From: Chiloscyllium plagiosum
Lineage: Eukaryota
NCBI RefSeq assembly: GCF_004010195.1
Contig: NC_057719.1
Location: 64,235,218 to 64,299,217 of the forward strand
Reading direction: 5' to 3'
Length of the DNA: 64,000 nucleotides
The position numbers were made by a program, and so were the translations under genes. This document shows, one piece after another, positions 1 through 11,600 of this stretch. Below the pieces are notes generated by a model. It saw only the letters and a list, made by a program, of their open reading frames with translations. It ran no database searches and was not told the DNA's origin. How positions within the stretch are numbered: the stretch's first letter is position 1; the number at the start of each line of letters is the position of its first letter.

Positions 1-960
1 GGGGGGGGGGGGCTGGGGGGGGGGGCGGGGTGGGGTCGGGGGGGGGGGACGGGGATCATCGTGGGCCGGGGTTGGGTGTCGTGATGGCGATAGGCGAAGG
101 GGCGGGGTTAGACGTGGTAACGGAAATAGGGGTGGGGCGGGGTTAGGCATGCAGTCGGAGATCGGCGAAGGGGCGGGGTTAGGCGTGGTGACGGAACTCG
201 CCGGGGGGGCGGGGTTAGGCGTGGAGATCGGCGTGGGGGCGGAGACACATGCGGCGTTGTGGGCGTGTAGGTTAGTGACGTCACTGGGGGCGGAAGTGGC
301 TGCGGCGACCACAGAGACAGAGTTATTCCACATAGCCGTGGAGGTCGCGAATCTGCCGGCGATTGTCCATGGCGATCGCGGAGGCTGCGAGGTCGGTGGG
401 GGCGGAAGTGACGTCATCGATGTAGCGGCCGCGTGTGTAATGGCGCCTGTCTGATTTTGGAGGCCGATGGAAGATTCTGGAACAGTTGAGGAATCCGGAG
501 TGTGGGGGTAAGTACATGAAAGTTTTTGGTACTTACTGTCTTCCTCTAATGGAGGGGTCAGTGTGGACTTGTTGAACCGAATGGCCTGTTTTCATGCAGT
601 GAGGATTCCACAGTTGCCGTGGAGACGCGACCGGAAGTGGTGACCTGTGACCCGGAGGGTGTGTGTGTGTGTGTGGAGGCGCGGGTCAGCTGACCGGCCC
701 AGGCTCGGCTGAAGCTGAAGGAAGTGCAGAGTTTGGCCATTACTTCTGCCCGGTTTAAAGCAGCCGTCCTCAGATAGTCGGCGGAATATCAGTGTCCTGG
801 GAGCGATATATAAAGTAAGGCTTTTCGGAGAGCCGTGGTTTGAGTGGAACGGAGCTTCTCGAAAGGGGCGCTGGGTGGTGGGGTGAAGGGAAATGGGGGA
901 CTGTGTCAGTGCAAAATGGAGCTTCCTACCAGTTCCTGCTGCCCTGGACCCACTCCCCCT
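1..960. promoter_or_regulatory. GC/CpG-rich island, TATA-less housekeeping-type promoter of ZFYVE26
   Basis: Dense CpG against an AT-rich window. Four GGGGCGGGGTTAG GC-boxes (99-111, 134-146, 170-182, 206-218), a CRE palindrome AGTGACGTCACT (274-285), ETS/GABP CGGAAGTG sites (291, 403, 632), an overlapping ETS-CRE CGGAAGTGACGTCA (403-416) and a YY1-like AATGGCG (439-445). Confidence 0.85.
420..507 (+). other. ZFYVE26: Probable non-coding exon 1 of ZFYVE26 (5' end approximate)
   Basis: Consensus donor GG|GTAAGT at 508, directly downstream of the ETS-CRE/YY1 cluster. The first coding exon has an acceptor at 5384, so an upstream UTR exon is required. Confidence 0.55.
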
Positions 961-2727
961 TCTATCTGGAAACACAACCTTCCCCCGACTTCTGAACAAA
1001 ACAACAGAAAAGTGAACAGCATGCGGCATATATCACTGCTCAGTCACAGAAGTGAGTTGTTGCAAAATAAAGATGTATGTAACTACTGGTTCACCTTTCA
1101 TGCCTCACCCTATGCTAGAAATTGTTCCCCAATAAAGCTAAATCTTTGCAGCAAATCTGATCCTGTTGTCACTGTTACACTTAGGGGTATGAGGGGGAGC
1201 TCACAAGAATGTTCGTACTCTGCATATTGGCTGTTGGCTTCGCTGTGTAGGGACAACTGATTGCATTCTCCTCTTTATTCATCACCAATGCATTTTTTTT
1301 ACACGAATAACTGTAGAGTGATCCCCGTCTCCTCCACATCTAGATAGCCAAGAGGCCAATTGTAATGAAATGGTATCCCAGTTGAAATTAGACATCTCAC
1401 TTTTTTTAAGCAAAACTATGTTCTTTGTTAGCTATCTGATTTAAAATCTTGTGCTGACAGCTAAATAAAGAATCTGTAGTTTTGTGTTGAGATTTCACAC
1501 TGCATACAGTGCACAGGTGTTATGTGGACAGATCACTGCAGTGACTTTGGTGGCTGTGTCAAATTTAAGTTGATCATTCTGCAAAAATTTCTTTACATGG
1601 TCCTATTGTTCAAGAAACAATTCTCAGAAATTATTGAGAGTATTTTCTGGGTGTTTGGCTTATCTGAAGAGGGTGGGAGATTCTGCTTTCAGTCATACAA
1701 TGAGTTTGTGTTAACATTGTGGAAATTGACTGCAGTACTTGCTTTGATTTTTTAATCTGTTAAAATTAAATCTGTAGCCTGATATTTTCTGTTGTGATTG
1801 AGGCCATTCTTAATGTATATGATGTGATACTGTAGAGTGTTTGATTTTAATACTTTACTGTTAGGGTATGAAATTGTAGAACTAGGTTTAAACAGATGAT
1901 GTGTGCAAAATTGAGAGAAATGAGCAACACATGGAGTGGCAAAGGCCTGAAATTTTGTTCGATCAATTCAACACAGGACAATCTGTCCTAACATTTGCTT
2001 TCCTAATAGTTTGCTTGGAAATAAAGAAATGTTTTTGATCTATGGTACATTTTTGTATTTTTAGTATATCATTGTACAGCTGTGAATTGTTATTAAGTGA
2101 TTCTGAAATGCAATGACAAAAGCAGCTTAATAATGTGATTCTCATCTATGGTAAACGAAGAACTGTAATATATTTGAGCCTTTGACTTGGACCAACTAGG
2201 TTAAATATTAGTTGTAATATGTCTCGAGTTTGATGCAAAGTCTTGAACTTCCAGCCAAATTTTCAATGTTTTTAATCAGAAAAATCCTTAAATAAGCAAA
2301 GTTTGTACTTAAATTCTGATTGAAGAGAGTGCAACTTGCATATTACTGATCTGTCTGCAAGCCATGCATCATAGAATCAGTATGAAATCAAGACCTGATA
2401 CATAGAAATGATTTAATTGCTTTGCCAGAAAATTATTTATTTCCTGTTTTAGTTCAGTGCAAACATAAGCGATTCAATATGAGGATATATATTGATGATG
2501 CCAACAGTACAGAACGTTGATATTCTTTTCTGCAATGACAAGTTAGGCAAATTGAGTTTGCAAAAGTGCTGAATCGCCACCTCCTGTCTGTTAAATTCTG
2601 AGCCTGTTAGTAGTAAATCCAAGTGCAATTCTGAAACTCTGGTACATCTTTCTTCGGTTGTCAGATTTTGAGTTTGTTTATCAACAACAGCAATGACTTG
2701 CACTAACATTGCATTCACCTTCAACAT

Positions 2728-2988
2728 AATTCGGAGATGCCGGTGTTGGACTGAGGTGTACAAAGTTAAAAATCACACAACACCAGGTTATAGGTTATAG
2801 TCCAACAGGTTTAATTGGAAGCACACTAGCTTTCGGAGCGACGCTCTTTCGTCAGGTGACTGTGGAGGGCTCGATCGTAACACAGAATTTATAGCAAAGA
2901 TTTGCAGTGTGATGTAACTGAAATTATACATTGAAGAATTGATTGTTAAGCCTTTCATCTGTTAGAATACAGTGATAGTTTCACTTTC
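2728..2988 (-). mobile_element. Penelope-like element terminus, family A (single arm)
   Basis: Shares gattcggagatgccggtgttggactg…cactagctttcggagcgacgctc…tcaggtg with 40684 and 23147. Minus-strand hammerhead-like core at 2824-2858 with a stem II mismatch. Confidence 0.75.
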
Positions 2989-3050
2989 AGTTTCACAGTG
3001 AACTGAAAGAGTTAGATTTTAAGGCAGAGGATTTTAAAGGAGAGAGAGGA

Positions 3051-3300
3051 GGTACAGTAGCTCAGTGGTTAGCACTGCTGCCTCACAGCGCCAGGGAGCC
3101 GGGTTCAATTTCACCCATGGGCAACTGTGGAGTTTACACATTTTCCCTGTTTCTGCATGGATTTCCTCCTACAACCCAATGATGAACAGGCTTGGTGGAT
3201 TGGCTCATGACAAATTGCACATAGTCTCCAGGGATGTGTGGATTAGCCAAGAAAAAAGCAGGGTGCAGGGATAGTGTGGAATATTCTTCAGAGGGTTTGT
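3051..3300 (+). mobile_element. Degenerate tRNA-derived V-SINE (HE1-like)
   Basis: Head gctcagtggttagcactgctgcctcacagcgccagg…ggttcaatt (A/B boxes), then an eroded V core. Confidence 0.8.
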
Positions 3301-3551
3301 GTTATTAAAGAGTTAATTTGCTCTGCTGACCTGCAAGAAATTGAATGCTCCAGGGGTAGGGTGGTGTGCCTTTATCTTATAGGTGGAATGTGGGAGATTT
3401 ACATTCCCATCCCTTACCATTCAGGGATGATTTACTTTTTCATCCACTATTCAGAAATCAATAAGAATATTACAGTTGGAATTTGACTATTCCCCTTATA
3501 GTTATATAAAAAAATACAATTCACACCAGACCTGGCCATGTTCTTTGAAAT

Positions 3552-3868
3552 TAGAATCCTGCAGCATGGAAACGTACCCTTCGGCCCAAAAAAGTCCACA
3601 CTGACCCTCCGAAGAGTACTCCATCCAGACCCAATCCCCTACCCTATTATCCTATATTTAATGCAGCAAACCTACACATCCCCGAACACTGGGCAATTTA
3701 GCACAGCCAATTCACCTAACCTGCACATCTTTGGACTGTGGGAAGAAACCAATGCAGACACAGGGAAATGTTCAAACTCCACACAGACAGTCGCCTGAGG
3801 CTGGAATCAAACCCAGGTCCCTGGCGCTGTGAGGCAGCAATGCTAACCACTGAGCCACCTAACTGCCC
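3552..3868 (-). mobile_element. V-SINE (HE1-like), near full length
   Basis: Reverse complement of the SINE head at about 3800-3868 and the CR1-like tail at about 3552-3610. Confidence 0.85.
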
Positions 3869-5434
3869 CATTAAGGGATGATTTGTATTACATTGTTTTT
3901 GAAGGTGAGTTGGTCACTGTTTTGTGTCTTGAGTAGCATGTGACTGTGAGGGGGATGGCTGGGAGTTGTCTTGTGGGCATTACTAACTGATGTAAAGATT
4001 TTATATAAAGGAAGGGCTGTTTCCTTTGTTCAGGGAGAGCTTTTGCTGGAACCCTGTAAGCCCTGCGAGGTGAGTTAAAGGTTTCTCCAAAAGCTTGTAC
4101 TGTACAGTGCTTAATAAATTTAGTTGCTTGTTCACAGAAAGTGGTGTGTTGCAGTTGCATCAAGTGTGTGAGAACCTCGGGAAAAAGAACTTAACAGGTT
4201 AGTATGGACTTGATGGGTCAAATGATCGACTTCCACACTATAGGGGTTCTAAAAAAAAGAGAGAGCCGAGAGGTGGAGAGCTTTAAGGCGATAACTCTAC
4301 AACTTAGATTCTAGACAGCAGGTAATATGATTGCCAGTGGTGGAGAAGTTTAAAGGAAGGATACACAAGAGGTCAGAATTCGAGGAGTGTAGATGCCAGT
4401 GAGACCTGTAGGGCAAGTGGAGGCGAATGAGATAGAAAGCAGAGAGTCTATGAAGGGATTTGAAAGCAAGGGCAAGAACTTTAAAATTGAAGTGTCACTG
4501 ATTAGAATGGAGAGGTGATGGGTGAATATAACTTGGTATGGAGATTGGGACTTGGGATATTTGCTGTGGAATTTTCATCCACTTCAGTTTACAGATGATG
4601 GAGTGTAGTACGAGAGTACAAAATAGTCAACTTGGGAGGTATACTAAAACCATAAATGAGAACTTAAGAGCTTATAGTGGAAATAATATTACAATGATGG
4701 AAGTAGGAAGCCCTTCCTTTATATAAAATCTTTTAAAAATGTATTTTGATTTCAATTCCATTTTCATAAAGCCATTTGGGATACACATGGTTTATAAGTG
4801 CATGGAAAGGTGAATTGTTCCTGTAGCTTGAGCTTAACTTATTGCTAAGTGTTGTGTTTGCGGTGAATGATGCTGGTAGAATACTGAAACGTAGAATGCA
4901 CAGGATAGTCATTTTTTTCAGCCTGACAATAATGCAAAATAATACATTTCTGGTCCAAATTAGTGTTGGTCATTGCTAGGACAGTTGAAAATTCAAACAA
5001 TGGGTGGTTGAAATGACTGCAAATGCAAATTTTAATTAATGCTAATGCAATTACATTAAAAATCAGATCTCAAAGCTGTACTTTCTCCTAATTCCATTAA
5101 TGATGATCAATTTTGGACAAAATAGCTATTTCCCTATTTCAGATTTTGGAAATTTGAGTCCAAAGTTTTCTGGTGAGCACTTGCTACTGCATGCATTTTA
5201 ACATCAATGACCATTGAGCTTATGATTTATCTACCCTTTCAGGCGGTGGATAGACTATTATGTGGATTAAAATGTGAACATTTTGGCAATAGCTATTTAA
5301 ACAATAACTTATTACTTTAATATTTCACACTAATGCAAGTGTAACTAAATTTTTAATGGTTTAAAATAATTTCCTTCTTTGCAGGCAATGCATATAAAGT
5401 GGTTTATTGGCCTATAATGTAAAATATCTTCACC

Positions 5435-5658
5435 ATGGAAGAATCTTCATCTGGGATGAACACTGCAAATATCCATCCATTTGGGAAGGAGGAAGATGAC
5501 TCGTTAGAAAGACTGTTTGTATTCTTTTGTGATCAGTTGCGGCAGGGCAACTGGGCCTTGGCACAAGCGTGTATGCCCCAATTAAGGCAATGGCAAGCTG
5601 GTGCAGAACAAGTGAAGGAAATCCTTCAGGCAATTGTTGTCTGTCCATATAAGCTAAG
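5435..5658 (+). CDS. ZFYVE26: ZFYVE26 exon 2, coding part (exon starts 5385)
   Basis: Acceptor tttgcag at 5384, Kozak caccATGg, MEESSSGMNTANIHPFGKEE...VVCPYKL, donor AG|GTGAGT. Confidence 0.93.
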
Positions 5659-8600
5659 GTGAGTACCCTGGAGAAACTTGGAGTTTGCAGCACAGATATA
5701 GTTAATTTGGAAAAAGAAGTATCTATGGATAATTGAACCTAAAATTGTTTTGTTAATCATATTTGTTTCTCAATTTTAATGCTATTAATTAACATTCCGA
5801 GGTAATGAATTCAGGTAATTACTTTCACATTATAGCATTTGTCTTTGCTCTTGATTTTTATGTTTTGTAGATACTTTCAGGTAATGTTTGAACTTTTTAT
5901 GCATTAAGCTTAGAGTGGAAAATTGAAAAGGAATTATTTTCAGATTTTCAATTAATAACATATGAGAGCAGGGTCCTGCCACTATTACATTTGCTGTTTG
6001 AAAGACACTGGTGAATAGTGTTTGTGTGACAAGTTTGAAAGTAAAGTGCAGGTATTTGTGGTAGCATTTATTATTTATACATCTGATCCATTTTAAAAAG
6101 GAATGTTGTTGTTCACAAACAGAACATTTAGTGGACAGCATGTCCCAAAATTCAAATGGAGTTCATTAAAACTGTTTTAAAGCTATTGGTTCCCTTGGCA
6201 AAGTGCATTGTTATTTTATTTAAATAATTGTACTTTTAATATCAGTAATAAATGCCAATATATTAGCAAGTTCTGAAGGCATTCACCCGTTGTTTCTGGA
6301 TTTCCACAATAACTTTGAAAAATGTTTGCAAATATTGTTATATCTTACTGTATTGCTAAAATATACATTGACTGAACAAACATGTGTTGAGGAGAGAAAT
6401 CCCTTTTTTGTGAGGGATCTTGCTGTGTGTATTCATAGATCCTTGAAAGTAGAGTCGCAGGTAGATAGGATAGTGAAGAAGATTTCGGCATGCTTTCCTT
6501 TATTGGTCAGAGCATTGAGTATAGGAGTTGGAGGTCATGTTGTGGCTGTACGGGACATTGGTTAGGCCACTTTTGGGATATTGCGTGCAGTTCTGGTCTC
6601 CTTCCTGTTGTAAAACTTGAAAGGGTTCAGAAAAGATTTACAAGGATGTTACCAGGATTGGAGGATTTGAGCCATAGGGAGAGATTGAATATGCTGGGGC
6701 TGTTTTCCCTGGAGCGTCGGAGGCTGAGGGGTGGCCTGAGAGAGGCTTATAAAATCATGAGGTGCATAGATAGGATAAGTAGACAAGGTCTTTTCCCTGT
6801 GGTGGGGGAGTCCAGAATTAGAGGGCATAGATTTAGGATGAGAGGGGAAAGATATAAAAGGGATCTAAGGGACAACGTTTTTGCACAGAAGGTGGTGCTT
6901 GTATGGAATGAGCTGCCAGAGGAAGTGTTGGAAGCTGGTACAAATACAGCATTTAAAAGGCATTTGAATTGGTATATAAATAGGAAAGGTTTGGGGGAAT
7001 ATGAACCAAGTACTGGAAAACGGTACTAGATTGGGTTGGGATATCTGGTCGGCACGGACGAGTTGGACTGAAGGGTCTGTTTCTGTGCTGTGCATCTCTA
7101 TGACTCCATGACTCAATAAGGCTGTCGAGCTCTTTATACCTGGGCTGTCTGATAGTTAGAACAATCCAAAATGGATCCCATTGTCTGATCATTTCTCATA
7201 GGCTAAAATTTCTCTCTGTTCTAAATCTTTTTGAAGCAGATTTTGGTATACTGATAACATCTGTGGACTAGTAATTTCGAACACTTGGCTAATGTTCTGA
7301 GGACAGGGGTTCGAATCCTACCACGGCATGTGTGAGGTTTGAATTCAGTACAAAAATGTAGAATATAAAGCTAGCATAAACATGACTGTTTAGCTGCTGT
7401 TGATTGTTATAAAAACCCAACTTGTTCACTATTGCCCTTTAGGGAAAGAAATCTGCCATCCATGGCTGACATGTGACTCCAGATTCAGCCATTGTAAGTC
7501 TGGGTAATTAGAGATGGGTAGAAAAGTCTGCCACAGCTAGTGACACACATGCCACGTGCCGAGAAAGAAAATAAACCTTTTTACCTTCCAGTACGGGTTG
7601 TTTGTCTATGCTGGTCTTTGTGCTCTGCTTGATCCTTCCCTCACCTGATTTCATCTCAAAGTATCAATATATTTTCTGTTCCTTCTTCCTCATCAGTTTA
7701 TCTTATTTCCACTTAAGTCTAAATCTTTTATTTAGTGCAACCATTTGCAAGTTCTACGTTTTCATTACTCATTCAATAGAAGTAAAGGTATTTGCCTCAA
7801 CTGTGAAAATACAGTCTAAGTTTTAACACTTGTTTTGTGCAAGTAAATTTCAAGCTTTCTCCTCACTGTTGGATGTAATCTTAAATTGATAATGCTGATC
7901 ATTGACTCTCCAAGCAGAATTTTAAACCCCTTTATTTATAGACTACTTGCCCAATAGTAAAGTATCCCAAGCATCCCTTCATGAAATTTAGTTTCCCATT
8001 TGGTATAATTCTGGGCATGCACGTTGTATATTTTCTACGTCCTTTGGGTTGCTCAAAATTGTACATGATCCTAATCTTAATTAATTGTTTTGCTTTTGTA
8101 TTTTCTGGCCTTTTAAAATGTAGTCAGAAGTCTCACGACATCAAGTTATAGTCCACCAGGTTTATTTGAAGTCACAAGCTTTCGGAGTTTGTGATTTCAA
8201 ATAAACCTGTTGGGCTATAACCTGGTGTCATGTGACTTCGGACTATATCCATCCTAGTCTAACACTAGCACCTCAACATTATGACTACAATCGACACCTT
8301 TAAAATATAGATTTTTGCTCTCCTTTATTTCCCAGCTTTGTGCACTTGAAGTATCAGTTTCAAAAACTTGATTTTTGAATCCTTATGGTCTCTGTTCATC
8401 CACATCCAATGTCTTTCCATTAGGTGTATGTATCCGTCGCTTGAATGAAAGCGGCAGATGCAAGAAATATAAAACTGAAACAAACCACTGGAAGAACTCA
8501 GCATTGACAGAAAAAAAATCGGTAAATTAAAGATTTGGGTATGTGCCTAAATCCAAAATATCAACGACCATTTCTTATTTTGTGTTTCTCCTAAAATCTA

Positions 8601-11600
8601 TCACCTCACAGCTTCTAAGTTACATGTCAGCTGTCTACCCATTTCTATTGCCTCTCAGTCATTTTTCGAAATCTTTTACAGCGCTTCATGAATGAACTCT
8701 ATTACTTTCATAGCCATCACATCTAAAACTTTTTTTGTGTTATTCCAATTAACAACTTCCTTTGCAGTCGCACCAAGAACTAAAGTCTGTGCTTTCACTT
8801 CCTTCTGACATTGTGGCTTTGGATTCACTGAATTGGCATCATTTGCCCGTTGGTGTTCCATAGTTGTATTTTGCTTTGTTAGATTGTTGAGAAAGAGCAA
8901 ACCACATATCTTAAGGCACATGATCGCAATTCATTATGACCTAAACCATCAATCCAAAAAGAACTGAAAGTATGATTAGCAGATGCAGACCTTCCTTCAA
9001 GTCATAATGCTTAAACAGCTTTTTGATTACAGATTAGTACGTTGGTATCAAGAATTTGGAATTTGGGCTTCTGTCCTGAAGCTTCTGTGTATTCATCTAT
9101 ATGTTTTGTTCTTTCAATGATTTACTTTCTACTTTCCCAAAAATTATTGGTTTCTTGCTCTTGTACATAAATGCTGATCAATCTTAGTACTTTCCTCAGG
9201 GTGCACATTTGATAGTAGATCTTGATAGACTTTTGGCTGCAAAGGTCAACATCATAAAGGGGTAGCCAGGGCACCCACATGGGCCCCAGCTATGCCTGTC
9301 TCTTTGTCGGAAACGTGGAACAGATCATCTTCCACAGCTACACCGGTACCAATACCCACCTTTTCCTCCACTACATCGATGACTGTTTCGGCACCACCTC
9401 GTGCTCCCACGAGGAGGTTGAACAGTTCATCAACTTCACTAACAGGTTCCACCCCGACCTTAAGTTCACCTGGACCATCTTGGACACCTCCCTCCCCTTC
9501 CTGGTCCTCTCCACCTCCATTAACAGTGATCGACTCACCACAGACATGTACTACACCGACTCCCACAGCTACCTGGACTACACTACCTCCCACCATGCCT
9601 CCTGTAAAAATGCTATCCCTTATTCCCAGTTCCTCTGCCTCTGCCGCATCTGCTCCAAGGAGGACCAATTCCACCACTGAACATACCAGATGGCCTACTC
9701 CTTCAAAGCATGCAATTACTCCCCCACCCCCCAACCCCAACATGGTTGAAGATGTCCTCCACGCATCTCATGCAGTTTCCGCCCTTGAGCCCCCCCCTCC
9801 AACCGCAAAATGGATAGAACCCCCCTGGTCTTTACCTTCCACCCCATCAACCTCGGGATACGTTGCATTATCCTCCACCATTTCTGCCACCTACAAATAA
9901 ACTCCACCACCAGGGATATATTTCCCTCCCCACCCCTATCTGTTTTCCATAAATACCACTCCCTTGTTAGGTCCATGCCCTCCTCTCCCCTCCCAGCACC
10001 TTCCCCCGCCACCGCAAGAATTGCAAAACCTGCGACCACAGCTCACCCCTTACCTCTGTCCAAGGCCCTAAAGGAGCCTTCAACATTTGTCAGAGATTTA
10101 CCTGCACTTCCACACACATCATCTACTGTATCCATTGCTCCCAATGTGGCCCCCTCTGCACTGGGGGGACAGGACCCCTATTTGTGGATCGTTTCAGAAG
10201 ACATCTCTGGGGAACACACAAAATAAGCCCACTGCCCTGTTGCCGAACACTTTAAATCCTCTTCCCACTCCGCGAAGGTCCTGGGCTTCCTCTACCGTCA
10301 AACCCTTACCACCCGACGCCTGGAGGAAGAACGCCTCATTTTCCACCTTGGGACCCTCCAGCCACATGGGATCAATGTGGATTTCACCAGTTTCCTCATT
10401 TCCCCTCTCCCCCCCCCCCCACCTTATTCCAGATCCAATCTTCCAATTTGGCACCACTCTTTTGACCTGTCCTACCTGTCCATCTTCCTTTCCATCTATC
10501 CGCTCCACCCTCCTCTCCAACCTATCACCTTCACCCCCAACTTCATCCACCTATCATATTCCCATCTACCTTCACCCCCAACCTCAGCCCCCTCTTCTTT
10601 ATCTCTCAGCCCTCTTGGGTCAGCCCCTCATTCCTGATGAAGGGCTTATGCTCAAAACGTTGATTCTCCTGCTCCTCAGATGCTGCCTGACTGAGTGTGC
10701 TTTTCCAGCACCACACTTTTCGACCCATAATCCTGTCCTTGGCAAACGTTTATTAATGCACACTTCCAGTGGGAGGGAATGTCACTTACCAACTATCAGA
10801 ATTCTGATTAATGTTTTCTTCCCTAAGCTGGAAGTTCAGAGGCCAATATGATTAGCTAATTTAGCGCAACCTTAGGTTTTCTGTGATCCATTTAGCTTAA
10901 CTATCCATTGACTAAACTTCCAAAAGAGGAGCCAAAATATATTTTTAATAAGATGTGCAATTTTTTTTGCTTTTGCATTCTGCACGATGCTAAAATCACT
11001 CTAATCTCACTAGTATGAAATGGTTAGGACCTGAATCCTTTTTGTATTTTGAAGTTCTCTGGTTTGTTGTATGATGCTAGAATGCCCAATGGAAAGTAAA
11101 AATAAAGGCTCCCGAAAGTTCACCTTCAAATCCTATCTACCTTTGACATGGTTATAATGCACCTGAACAGGTCGGTTAAAATATTTACAGACCGGAAAAC
11201 CCTGTAGAAACAAATATTTACTTGTAGCATAAAACAGGTGCAAAATGTTGTAATATGGGAACAGAAAGTGTTTTTTTCATCCCAATACTGTATCTTCCAT
11301 GTTACTGCTCATTGACAGAGCTTCTTGGGTCTACTCAAGATATTCCTGAATAGTAGATTTCTGAACTGGTGTATTGAAGAACTGATCCAGGAAAAAACAA
11401 ACAGCTTTCATTGACCATTGACTTTTTAAAGTTTTCATCTCTGACTAGTTATTTGTGTGCAGGTGGGAGACGCTATCTAGCCCTCATCGACTTGCCTGGC
11501 TGTGGCTACTGGAGCTAGAACGTTGGTGGTCACATGATCAGGTAAATGAGCATAGCACAATCTCATTCTGTAGGTAATGTCATTATATTTTCTGTTCATT

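Noticed and set aside
90..240. Spaced ~36-bp repeats resembling a CRISPR array, or telomere-like GGGTTAG
   Set aside because: Eukaryotic promoter GC-box array; spacers are related to each other, there are no cas genes, and there is no tandem TTAGGG run.
149..1260. ORFs in the CpG island (149..454, 323..517, 592..1029, 844..1260)
   Set aside because: Products of GC-rich and repetitive promoter sequence; no recognisable protein motifs.
9292..10851. Pro/Ser-rich ORFs 9292..9900 and 10087..10851
   Set aside because: Off-frame readings of the C-rich Penelope remnant.
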